From the NCBI RefSeq assembly GCF_009914755.1, contig NC_060927.1: DNA of 64,000 nt; one strand, 5' to 3'. Source of the DNA: the human T2T-CHM13v2.0 reference genome, Homo sapiens. The translations under genes were made by a program, and so were the position numbers. The notes beneath the pieces were generated by a model. That model saw nothing but the letters and a program-made list of their open reading frames with translations, was not told the DNA's origin and made no database searches. This document shows, piece by piece, positions 43,079 to 54,862 of this stretch. Each line of letters starts with the position of its first letter. Positions within the stretch are counted from its first letter, which is position 1.

Positions 43079-43619
43079 TTTTTTCTTTTATTTTTTATTT
43101 TATTTTTATTTTTATTTTTATTTTTTTTTTTTATTGATCATTCTTGGGTGTTTCTCGCAGAGGGGGATTTGGCAGGGTCATAGGACAATAGTGGAGGGAA
43201 GGTCAGCAGATAAACAAGTGAACAAAGGTCTCTGGTTTTCCTAGGCAGAGGACCCTGCGGCCTTCCGCAGTGTTTGTGTCTCTGGGTACTTAAGATTAGG
43301 GAGTGGTGATGACTCTTAACGAGCATGCTGCCTTCAAGCATCTGTTTAACAAAGCACATCTTGCACCGCCCTTAATCCATTTAACCCTGAGTGGACACAG
43401 CACATGTTTCAGAGAGCACAGGGTTGGGGATAAGGTCACAGATCAACAGGATCCCAAGGCAGAAGAATTTTTCTTAGTACAGAACAAAATGAAAAGTCTC
43501 CCATGTCTACTTCTATCCACACAGACACGGCAACCATCCGATTTCTCAATTTTTTCCCCACCCTTCCCGCCTTTCTATTCCACAAAACCGCCATTGTCAT
43601 CATGGCCCATCCCCAATGA

Positions 43620-45620
43620 GCCGCTGGGCACACCTCCCAGACGGGGTCGTGGCCGGGCAGAGGGGCTCCTCACTTCCCAGTAGGGGCGGCGGGGCAGAAG
43701 CGCCCCTCACCTCCCGGATGGGGCGGCTGGCCGGGCGGGGGGCTGACCCCCCCACCACCCTCCTGGACGGGGCGGCTGGCCGGGCAGAGGGGTCCTCACT
43801 TCCCAGTAGGGGCGGCCGGGCAGAGGCGCCCCTCACCTCCCGGACGGGGCGGCCGGCCGGGCGGGGGGCTGACCCCCCCACCTCCCTCCCGGACAGGGCG
43901 GCTGGCCGACACCCCCCCCCGCCTCCCTCCCGGACGGGGCGGCTGGCCGGGCAGAGGGGCTCCTCACTTCCCAGTAGGGGCGGCCGGGCAGAGGCGCCCC
44001 TCACCTCCCGGACGGGGCGGCTGGCCAGGCGGGGGCTGATCCCCCCACCTCCCTCCCGGACGGGGCGGCTGGCCGGGCGGGGGGCTGACCCCCCACCTCC
44101 CTCCCGGACTGGGCGGCTGGCCGGGCGGGGGCTGACCCCCCCACCTCCCTCCCGGACGGGGCGGCTGGCCGGGCAGAGGGGTCCTCACTTCCCAGTAGGG
44201 GCGGCCGGGCAGAGGCGCCCCTCACCTCCCGGACGGGGCGGCTGGCCAGGCGGGGGGCTGATCCCCCCACCTCCCTCCCAGACGGGGCGGCTGGCCGGGC
44301 TGGGGGCTGACCCCCCACCTCCCTCCCGGACTGGGCGGCTGGCCGGGTGGGGGCTGACCCCCCCACCTCCCTCCCGGACGGGGCGGCTGGCCGGGCAGAG
44401 GGGCTCCTCACTTCCCAGTAGGGGCGGCCGGGCAGAGGCGCCCCTCACCTCCTGGATAGGGCGGCTGGCCGGGCGGGGGGCTGACCCCCCCACCTCCCTC
44501 CCAGACGGGGCGGCTGGCCGGGCGGGGGGCTGACCCCCCCACCTCCCTCCCGGACGGGGTGGCCGGCCGGGCGGGGGGCTGACCCCCACACCTCCCTCCC
44601 GGACAGGGCAGCTGGCCGACCCCCCCCCGCCTCCCTCCCGGACAGGGCGGCTGGCCGGGCAGAGGGGCTCCTCACTTCCCAGTAGGGGCGGCTGGGCAGA
44701 GGCGCCCCTCACCTCCCGGACGGGGCGGCTGGCCAGGCGGGGGCTGATCCCCCCACCTCCCTCCCGGACGGGGCGGCTGGCCGGGCGGGGGGCTGACCCC
44801 CCACCTCCCTCCCGGACTGGGCGGCTGGCCGGGCGGGGGGCTGACCCCCCCACCTCCCTCCCGGACGGGGCGGCTGGCCGGGCAGAGGGGTCCTCACTTC
44901 CCAGTAGGGGCGGCCGGGCAGAGGCACCCCTCACCTCCCGGACGGGGCGGCCGGCCGGGCGGGGGGCTGACCCCCCCACCTCCCTCCCGGACGGGGCTGC
45001 TGGCCGGGCGGGGGGCTGACCCCCCCACCTCCCTCCTGGATGGGGCGACTGGCCGGGCAGAGGGGCTCCTCACTTCCCAGTAGGGGCGGCCGGGCAGAGG
45101 AGCCCCTCACCTCCTGGACGGGGCGGCTGGCCGGGCGGGGGGCTGACCCCCCCCACCTCCCTCCCGGACGGGGTGGCTGCCGGGCGGAGACGCTCCTCAC
45201 TTCCCAGACGGGGTGGCTGCCGGACGGAGGGGCTCCTCACTTCTCAGACGGGGCGGTTGCCAGGCAGAGGGTTTCCTCACTTCTCAGACGGGGTGGCCGG
45301 GCAGAGACGCTCCTCACCTCCCAGACAGGGTTGCGGCCCAGCAGAGGCGCTCCTCACATCCCAGACAGGGCGGCGGGGCAGAGGTGCTCCCCACATCTCA
45401 GACGATGGGCGGCCGGGCAGAGACGCTCCTCACTTCCTAGATGGGATGGCGGCGGGGAAGAGGCGCTCCTCGCTTCCTAGATGGGATGGCGGCCGGGCAG
45501 AGACGCTCCTCACTTTCCAGACTGGGCAGCCAGGCAGAGAGGCTCCTCATATCCCAGACGTTGGGGGGCCAGGCAGAGACTCTCCTCACTTCCCAGACGG
45601 GGTGGCGGCTGGGCAGAGGC
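43620..45620. repeat. SVA VNTR (~2 kb, CpG/GC-rich)
   Basis: Mixed ~40-50 bp units such as CCTCCCGGACGGGGCGGCTGGCCGGGC... Confidence 0.95.
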
Positions 45621-45994
45621 TGCAATCTCGGCACTTTGGGGGGCCAAGGCAGGCGGCTGGGAGGTGGAGGTTGTAGCGAGCCGAGATCACGCCACTGCAC
45701 TCCAGCCTGGGCACCATTGAGCACTGAGTGAACGAGACTCCGTCTGCAATCCCGGCACCTCGGGAGGCCGAGGCTGGCGGATCACTCGTTGTTAGGAGCT
45801 GGAGACCAGCCCGGCCAACACAGCAAAACCCCGTCTCCACCAAAAAAAAACGAAAACCAGTCAGGCGTGGCGGCGCGCACCTGCAATCGCAGGCACTCGG
45901 CAAGCTGAGGCAGGAGAATCAGGCAGGGAGGTTGCAGTGAGCCGAGATGGCAGCAGTACCGTCCAGCTTTGGCTCGGCATCAGAGGGAGACCGT

Positions 45995-46100
45995 GGAGGG
46001 AGAGGGAGAGGGAGAGGGGGAGGGGGAGGGGGAGGGAGAGGGAGAGGGAGAGGGAGAGGGAGAGGGAGAGGGAGAGGGAGAGGGAGAGGGAGAGGGAGAG
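45995..46100. repeat. SVA hexamer (AGAGGG/CCCTCT)n with GGAGGG variants
   Basis: Direct reading. Confidence 0.95.
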
Positions 46101-46810
46101 GATTAATTTTCAATAAAGACTCCAAATAAAGATAATTTCCCCTAAAAAAGGATTCTGCCTTCCACGCTTATCTTCAGCCCACCTATCCTCTCAATTGTCT
46201 TGGGCTGCAGGAGAAAATGCACTTGCCAGAACTAAAGAATATTGATCCCTTTCTACAAACTAAGACGTGATAGAAAAGTTGAAGAGGTACCTTTCCTGAG
46301 AATTTCTCAGAGCCTTGGTTACATTAAAGTGTCTTCAAGAATAGGCATGAGATACAGATTCCAAAACCTGAAATATATGGAAGAGAACTGGATACCGGAA
46401 GGGACTATTCTCATAACTTTATTGATAATTACACATGTTAATTTTATTTATTTGTTCATTAATTTATGTATTTATTTAAAAATATTTGAGGGGTTATCTG
46501 TGTTTCAGGTACTTCGATAGGTATTAGGCATAAAACTGTCACATAGTAGCATCTCTATTATTAAGGAGTGTATATAGCTTTGTAAATAGGGGCCACTGAC
46601 TAGTATCAAAACACACCATGTACTCATTATAGCTTGTTAAAGGTCCTTCTCAATCTTTGTATCATCTTAATATAACATGAAGTTAAAATAAACTAACACT
46701 TTAGAGTTATTGGTATATACATGTAACTGAATATGATGGACTCTACCATCACTATTATTAACCAATTCTGGTGCTTCCCTTACCAAGTTAGGTCAGAGTG
46801 TCAAAGAGTG

Positions 46811-47016
46811 TGTATTAGTCTATTCTCGTACTGTTATAAAGAACTGCTCAAGACTGGGTAATTTATAAAGAAAAGAGGTTTAACTGACTCACAGTTCCTC
46901 ATGGCTGGAGAGGCCTCAGGAAACTTACAGTCATGGCCAAAAGGGAAGCAGGCATGTCTTACATGGCAGCAGTTGAAAAAGAGAGAGAGAAAGGGAGAGA
47001 AACACACACATACACA

Positions 47017-47065
<49 letters not shown>

Positions 47066-47289
47066 GGAGAGAGACAGACAGTGAGAGACAGTGTGTGGAG
47101 GAACTGTCAAAACTTGTAAAACCATTACATCTCGTGAGAACTCACTCACTATCATGAGAACAGCATAGGGAAAACCACCTGCATGATCCAACCCAAATCT
47201 CCCACCACGTCCCTCCCTCGACACATGGGGATTAGGGGATTACAATGTGAGATGAGATTTGGGTGAGTACACGGGGCCAAACCATATCA
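46811..47289 (-). mobile_element. THE1D-like solo LTR containing a (CA)n/(GA)n microsatellite
   Basis: TGTATTAGTC ... CAAACCATATCA; TSD GAGTG; microsatellite at ~47002-47095. Confidence 0.88.
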
Positions 47290-48954
47290 GAGTGTATTAT
47301 GTGTTAAAGGGCAGTCTCACATTTATAGTGGGGATCTGTGCTTTGTGTAGAGGCTGGTGTGGACACCTCTATTCATTGCTCCAGCAAATACTGACCACTG
47401 AGTACATATGTGTCTCCATAGCGAATGTGCAGAGTCACACATTTGGGTGCTCATTCTCTAAGAGTCTTCAGTTTTGTAATCTAGCCACACAATAAATTGT
47501 ATTTAAGTAAAAAACTGCCACAGTTATTTTCATATTTTTAAAATGCAGAAATGTTTTCTTCCATTTTTGGTCTCTATAAATATAAAAGGTAAATGAAACT
47601 GGACATAAATCTAGTCTTCCAAATTTCCCAGCACAAACACCAAGTGTAAAGAGTTTGAGCTGTAGTAATCCATACAGTTTTCTCTTTTCTTTAGGCATCT
47701 TGGAGCAATATCAGCATTGATTGTCCTGAAATCTCACCTTGTCTCCCAGAAACAAATAGACTGTACTACAGCTAGTTTTGAAGACATTATAGAATCTCGC
47801 TAGATCCAAAATAATAAAGATAGAAAATAGGTTAAAAATATTTATGGGGTTGTAACATTTTAGATGTTTCTTTTTTCAACTCTAGTAATGTGTATAGCCA
47901 CTTTCTAGCTCCTCTTCTTTTTCACACTGATTTAACCCCTCCTGTGAGATGCAAGCTGTTGATAGAGAAGGTAAGATTAAAACTCTGTAGTGGTACAGGA
48001 ATTTAACTTTATCCTTGGAGGCTTCCTTGCTTTAGTTACGGTAGGTAAAATTGCTTTTTTCCTTAAAGCAAAGCAATAATATATTCTACAAATATTGGCT
48101 GCTGTGTCTTAAAAATACATATTTTAATACATTCAAAGAGAATTTTCTGTGCTTTTTTGAGGACATAACCAAATGATACAGAATTTCTTACATTGCCAAT
48201 TTAACTCTCTGTACTGCTCTCATGGTAAAAAATGAAACTGGGCAACATAATTCAAACATGGTATATGGGGCAGGGGTAGGGGGTTGGGGGTATGAAGGGT
48301 CAGGGTCCAAAGAAGCAATTGGAAAATAGTTATTTCTACCAGTTGCTTTTAGAAAGTCTATTTTCCACTTACACCTACTTGCTTTGCCACTGCTGTACCT
48401 TTGTTATGCTACCAATTACGGGTACAAAACCTATCTAGGCTTCAAGAACTAGTTTATTGCTTTCTTAAAAAAGTATTTCATGCTTTTTACGTTATGTTAT
48501 GTCTAATTGTGTTCTTTTTATTCTCTTACATTAAACTATGAGTTTCCTGAGGACAGGTTATCCCTCTGGTTCACATTTGCATCCATAAAAACATGTAACA
48601 GAGTAAGTAACATGGTAGATGCTCAAATGACTTTGGCCAAACTAATGAATATATAAATGTGTGCTAGGCTGCATTGTAGATTGTTCTGATTTATTTAATA
48701 AAAGGATTAAAGTATTATTTAAATCAGATAATGACTTAAAAATTCCATTTAATCCTAAACAAGAATTACACCTACCCATTATTGACAAGAAAGATTGACA
48801 TAGATAATAAAAACTTTTCTGAAGGACAGAAGAATACCAAATTCTATGTACTGCTCCCTTATACAAAAGTATTTGAAAAGAAAGAGCATGACAAATTAAA
48901 TCTTCACTAACAGATTTCAATGTTTAGTCTATAGATTATATAAGCTCTTTGCCT

Positions 48955-49415
48955 TTCATTTCCTTCCTTCCTCCCTCCCTATAGATTATATAAGCTCTTT
49001 GCCTTTCATTTCCTTCCTCCCTCCCTTCCTTCTTCCTTCCTTCCTTTCTTCTTTCCTTCCTTCCTCCCCTTCCTTCCTTCCTTCTTTACTTCCTTCCTTC
49101 CCCCTTCCTTCCTTCCTCCCCTTCCTTCCTTCCATCCTCCCCTTCCTTCCTTCCTTCTTTCCTTCATTCCTTCTTCTTTCTTTCCTTCCTTCCTCCCCTT
49201 CCTTCCTTCCTCCCTCCCTCCCTCCCCTTCCTTCCTTCCTCCCCTTCCTTCCTTCCTTCCTCCCTCCCTCCCTTCTTCTCCTTCCTTCCTCTCCTTCCTT
49301 CCTCCCTCCCTCCCTCCTTCCTTCCTTCCTTCCTTCTTTCCTTCCTCCCTCCCTCCCTCCCTTCTTCTTGCTCCTTCCTTCCTTCCTTCCCTCCTTCTTT
49401 CTTTCCTTCCTTTTC
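48955..49415. repeat. Long (CCTT/CCCT/CTT)n polypyrimidine tract
   Basis: Direct reading; adjoins the 3' side of an antisense AluJ. Confidence 0.95.
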
Positions 49416-49661
49416 TGCAGTGCACCATCTTGGCTCACTGCAACCTTCACCTCCACGGCTCAAGCAATCTTCCCACCTCAGCACCCCAGTAGCTGGTTCT
49501 ACAGGCATGCACCAAGACACCTGGCTAATTTTTGTATTTTTAGTAGAGAAGGAGTTTTGCAGTGTTGGCCAGGTTGGTCTCAAACTCCTGAGCTCAAGCA
49601 ATCCTCCCATCTTAGCCTCCCAAAGTGTTGGGATTACAGGCATGAGCCACTGTAACTGGCC
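49416..49661 (-). mobile_element. AluJ with its 3' end lost into the CT-rich tract
   Basis: GGCTCAAGCAATC and CTCCTGAGCTCAAGCAATCCTCCC AluJ diagnostics. Confidence 0.88.
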
Positions 49662-49929
49662 CCCTTCCTTCTTTGAGGTACTCTATCTACTTTTTACCAT
49701 TTAATCATTAGCTGAAACAAATCAGATATTTCTTTTTCTTGTCAGAAGCCTTTATGAAATATTCAACACAAGAATAAAATGTTGAATTACATAAACAGGG
49801 ATTTAATGTATTTCTATTCCTTCTAGTATAATAGATCTTTGTAAGTACTATGGAAAAATAATTAGGTATTTTGCCAAAGAAAAAGACCCACACAACTGGA
49901 ATAAATATAAAAATTACAATTCTGAAACA

Positions 49930-50330
49930 CTTCTGGATCAGAAAACCATAAGATCTATAACTGAATATTATCACCTTGGTCAAGTCATTTATCTTCTCTG
50001 AGTCTTTCCTCTTAAATGTGAAATAATGATGGCTGAGTAACTTACAAGGTTTTGTTGAATATTTTCCCATTTTTAATTCCGAAATGAAGAGAAATTATTT
50101 AAAAATTATCTTTTGTATAACTCCTTCCATGCATCATTTTATACTCCCCTAAAGTGGATAAGGCAGGTACTATTAACTTCTTTGATAGGGAGGGAAATTA
50201 GGGGTCAGAAAGAATTTTTGAATCATTTACTCAGGGGCACATATCCACTTAATGGGACTCAAAACTAGAACACGTGAAAATTTAGTCCTTGTCCTGTGCT
50301 TTTCCTGTGTTAGCAATCTGCTTCTCCAAA
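49930..50330. mobile_element. Two MIR fragments in opposite orientations
   Basis: CCTTGGTCAAGTCATTTATCTTCTCTGAGTCTTTCC; GAGGGAAATTAGGGGTCAGA. Confidence 0.55.
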
Positions 50331-51050
50331 AGCCAGACATTACATATGCATAAAAGCTCATAGGCACACACGTATGCAGAACCTCTTTTCTACTTTATAT
50401 ACACAATGAGCTTGTGTTGATATTGACATCAGTAAGCATACAGCTCCCTGGGTCAATGACTCTACATTGAAGAAAGTTGGAAGTATTTCAATTATTGGTT
50501 TTATGCCAATGTATAACCCAAACACTCACATGAGGGCAATTATTTAAGTAGCTGCAACAGATCCAAGACGATGCATCTTCCCTTCTCTAGACTCCTTATA
50601 TTCCCAACATGTAGTTTCTACTGCACATATTGGCACATGGAAATTGATTTGTAATAAAATATGTCATAATTTTTTCTAGGGTTATGCTATTTACAATTTC
50701 CTACATAAGTTGGAACTAATAGCCCTTGCAACATTCTTGCTGTATAATTTTTAACATACTGTCTTAAATCCAAGGATGTATAAATAATTACTCTTGCTAC
50801 TGTACTAGAACACTGCAGTTACACAAGTAAAGTTTTAATAGAAATATTTGAATGTAATATTCATGCTTATAACCTTGATATAAAGAGTTTCGCTATCTTT
50901 CCCTTCTCCCCTGGAAGAGGAGATGATATAATCATATGACAATGAAAACAATGAAAAGGAAGAAATTATGTTTTTAAAAATACCTTGTTTTGTTCAAATA
51001 ATAATATAAGGCTACTTATATCAAATTATAAAATACATAAAAATGCAATG

Positions 51051-51293
51051 TTTTTAAGTTTAACTTTTATTTTAAGTTCAGGGGTACATGTGCAGGTTTG
51101 TTTTACAGGTAAACTCATGCCACGGGGGTTTGTTGCACAGATTATTTTGTCACCCAGGTACTATATCTGGTAACCATTAGTTATTTTTTCTTGATCCGAT
51201 CCTCTCCCTCCTCCCACTCTCTATCCTCTGACAGTTCCCGGTGTCTGTTGTTCCCCTCTATGTGTCCATGTGTTCTTATCATTTAATTCCCAC
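51051..51293 (-). mobile_element. L1PA13-16-like 3' end
   Basis: TTAAGTTCAGGGGTACATGTGCAGGTTTG; TSD AAAATGCAA. Confidence 0.88.
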
Positions 51294-54139
51294 AAAATGC
51301 AAAAATTTCAAAGTAGTTGGAAGGTCTCAATGGCCAATTAAAAAAAACAAAAAAGCCAAAAACCTACTCAACTAGACTTTTTCTAATAGAAACAGTACTC
51401 TATTAGACAAACTCATGGGAAAACATAAATCATTATTTCTGACTAAGAGAGGAAGGATTACTGTTTATAAAGCAGTTATTTTGGGGATTGTTTATCAAAA
51501 GCAATAAAATTAATTTCATATTAATAACTCATAACTATAATTAGAAACACAGCTCATTAAATATTATGTCCAGGCCCACTTCCCTCTTTCTGAAGAACTA
51601 AATTAACATCACAGTAAATAAAATGATAAAAAGTAACATCTGGGTATAAAAGAATATTTGTCTTTATGCTGGGATGATTCATATTCAACTCATCTTAAAA
51701 ATGTACTGAGCAATTAAGAAAAACTTAAAGAGTGAGTGAGGAGGTGCTGGTCTAGAACCAGGACTTACGGAAATCATCAAATCATTAGCAAGATGCTAAG
51801 TCCAGGCTCTTAAGAGCAGTGATGATTAGCGTTCTATGTCAAGTTCATGTAGCTTTGCCAAGCAGTGCCAGTTAACATCCAAAGACTGAGAACTTTCAAA
51901 CAATCATTTCATTACTCTTAGATTTTGCTGTAAGTTTGAAATCTACAGTGGAATAGATATGCCTAAAGTCTACTTAATTTACATGTAAAAGATTGATTTG
52001 AAAAGTCCATTTTGGTACTTTGGACAAATATTTTAATACCCTTATCTACCTGTCATTTGAGATATAAAAAATAGTGTTTCTTTGAAAAAGAATGTTATAG
52101 CTGAAACCATAATACTGAGCACGAAGTACTATACTGGTAAAAATTACAAAGATGAATAAATGAGTAATCACCAGAGCCATTATAAGTGGTCCTCGAATAG
52201 ATCTATGTGCAGGACATCTTTCCTGAATGCCTTATTCAGGTTTTGATCATTGTGAAGGACTGTTTCCAGAACTGAATCAGAACAGCCTGAAAATCTGCAA
52301 AATCAAGTCAAGAACATTGACCTATAATACTGCTAATCTTCTCAGGTACAGCAGATTAAATCTCTACAACTTCTGTCTCCAGGTTCAAAGGGTAGAAAAC
52401 AATGATCCAGATTATGCAAAAAAATGCTAACTAAATTATAGTCAACAGATATTTGTGCACTCTGACAAATGAACTTGTGGTTCTCCATTTACTCTTCCAT
52501 GATCAACAGTTAAACAAAATAGTTTTGAGAAGGATAAGTTTTTTAATATGGACTTGTCCTCCACTGTAGCAGAGTTAAATATCCTGGGGACACAAGAAAG
52601 GTAAGATTGAGATGACACATTTTAGACCTGGAATTAGCATCTATAAGTCCCATCAAGTAGAAAAATCCTCAATTTACACATTCTGTGCAGTATTTCTTAA
52701 ATGGCTATTCAAGTACGTACCCTTAAAAAAAAAAAAGTGAAGAGGAACAAAACCCCAAACACTTCTTTAGATGGGCTTCTGACTGTGCATTGTGAAACTG
52801 CACTTTGAAAAAAGCTAGCAAGTTACACTCCCACCAACAGCATACAAAAGTGACTTTATTTTGAAAATTTTCTCTTATCTCCTGAAAGATTCCACTGGGT
52901 GCCTATTCTTCTTTAATACTTTTGTTTAGTGCTTTATAAATTTACTTTTAACTAGGAAGGCAAAATACACTACAGATGGTAGTAGTTGTCAGAGTAAGAG
53001 CAAGTGATAAAGTTATATCTGACAGCTCTTCTTGGCACAGCAAATGTCTGGAACTGTGAATAACTGAATTCCTGAATCTGGAAGGTGTCTGTGCTGAAGA
53101 AATGGGCAATTGCACTAGTGAATTAAGATTGTTGTCTGAATTGCAGAGAAAATTATATGAAACGTTGTTCCTGAAATTAATTTCAGGAGCCATTGACAAC
53201 TTATAGGTTAAAACAAATTTAACTCTGATAAAAATTTACAGACATTAGAAAGAACAAAACTGCAGCAAATGCAAACATTTAATACAAAGCATAGATAGTT
53301 GGTATGACTTTGAAATCTTTGCTAGATCAAAGAGTTGAGTTTTAATACAATGAAACTATCCTAATACACACAAGGAGCCTTAATATTTCAATGATACAAA
53401 TTGGGGAGGAGTAGAAATAAAGTGGATATGAAGAAAGTTGTGAAATAATTACACAGCAGAAAATAAGTAGTTCTTGTATATTATTTCTTATTAAAGACAG
53501 TTTCATTTTGTCAGGAATTATAGCCATGATATTTTTAAAGTGATTTGCAAAGACTACATTTTAGTAATAGCAAATTGGGTTTCATTTTTGCTTTTAAAAG
53601 GACCTTGTAATGTTGAGCAATTTCGTCATGCTTTGAGAAGGGTCAATAATCATTCCAGTTTCTAAACAATCTGCAGCATTTACTAATAACCTATCATGTG
53701 ACAAGCATTGTGGCCAAACATTTTCCTGAACATAAATTAGGTGCTAAACTAACAACTCAAGTAATTCATAAGGAGGTTTAAAATGTGACAGAGACACAAA
53801 CTGGAAGCTGGTATAATTTTAGTTTCTATAAAAGTATAGGAAGACTTTACTACTATAAAGAAAGTAATGGAATAATCAGCCATTAAGAAAATGTGATCCC
53901 TTATTTGGAAAATATTTTCACAAAAATAAAAAAGGCCAACTTTATTAGGTTAGAAGGAAAGAAAGGACTCACTCACAGGCAGCAAGTACAGGTAGAGAAA
54001 TCCAGGGACACCTCGTATCAGTCACAGAAAGTGTTTAGAACCAGTGTTCCTCTCATTGTTTCATTTCCTCCCAATAGAGAATCTGCAATGTCCCTCTCCC
54101 TTTCCCATATGTGAATGATTCAGATCCTTTTTGGAAACT

Positions 54140-54420
54140 AAAACAAAGGAAAAGAAAAAGAGGAAAAAATGGAAAGAATAAAGGAAGGGAGGGAAGGAGG
54201 GAAGAAAGAAGGGAGAGAGGAAGGGATGGAGGGAGGGAGGCAGGCAGGAAGGAAACAAGGAAGGAAGGAAGAAAAGAAGGAAGGAAGGAAAGAAAGAAGG
54301 AAGGAAGGAAAGAAGGAAGGAAGGAAGGAAAGAAGGAAGGAAGGAAAGAAGGAAGGAAGGAAGGAAGGAAGGAAGGAAGGAAGGAGGGAGGGAGGGAAGG
54401 AAGGAAGCGAGGAAGGAAAT
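54140..54420. repeat. (GGAA)n-rich polypurine tract
   Basis: Direct reading; 8 uninterrupted GGAA at 54351-54382. Confidence 0.95.
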
Positions 54421-54599
54421 TTTTCTAGAAATCATGTAAGTTTTTCTACCACTGTAGAGAAAAATACTGTTGCATCTTACAGATGAACAACCATGATAAA
54501 CCACCCTAACTTCTTAAAAATTAAGAAATTAAACTATTCGACTGAACTCCAAATTTACCACTTATATTTTAATGCCTTTGAATAAGCGTTACTCTAGAT

Positions 54600-54780
54600 C
54601 ATCACAGTTTAGTAGAAATTTCCATGGTGATGGTAATCTGCACTATCAAATATAACTATTCACATGGACCTACTGAGTGTTTGAAATGTGATGAGTTCAG
54701 CTGAGGAAATACATTTTTAATCTTATTAAATTTCTATTTCAATAGCCATATGTGTCTAGTGTCTATATTAGACAGCACAG
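54600..54780. mobile_element. MER3 (hAT-Charlie)
   Basis: TTGAAATGTGATGAG...AATAGCCATATGTGTCTAGTG...ATTAGACAGCACAG. Confidence 0.7.
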
Positions 54781-54818
54781 TTCTGGACTGTAAATACTCT
54801 GAAGGCAGAGCCTATGTA

Positions 54819-54862
54819 TTAGGTTGGTGCAAAGTAATTGCAGTTTTTGCCATTACTTTCAA
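54819..54862. mobile_element. Half MADE1 (Hsmar1-derived MITE)
   Basis: TA followed by TTAGGTTGGTGCAAAGTAATTGCAGTTTTTGCCATTACTTTCAA. Confidence 0.85.

Larger units (their letters stand above)
43079..46100 (-). mobile_element. Full-length SVA retrotransposon (young; E/F-like by recalled diagnostics)
   Basis: On the minus strand: (CCCTCT)n 46100-45995, Alu-like domain ~45990-45620, GC-rich VNTR ~45620-43620, SINE-R ~43620-43135, AATAAA and A-rich tail. Confidence 0.97.

Noticed and set aside
43620-45620. CRISPR-like repeat array
   Set aside because: Tandem units without unique spacers, no cas genes, eukaryotic SVA context.
43600-46129. Long ORFs (up to 305 aa) on both strands
   Set aside because: Translations of the GC-rich SVA VNTR, Alu-like domain and hexamer, which are depleted of stop codons; not genes.
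48986-49704. ORFs of 140-218 aa rich in P/S/F/L or E/G/R/K
   Set aside because: Simple-repeat and Alu translations.
52180-52294. Minus-strand acceptor followed by a ~37-codon open frame (FSGCSDSVLETVLH...DHL*)
   Set aside because: No recognised protein and no supporting upstream exons; the length is attainable by chance.
54061-54504. ORFs of 105-147 aa
   Set aside because: (GGAA)n translations.
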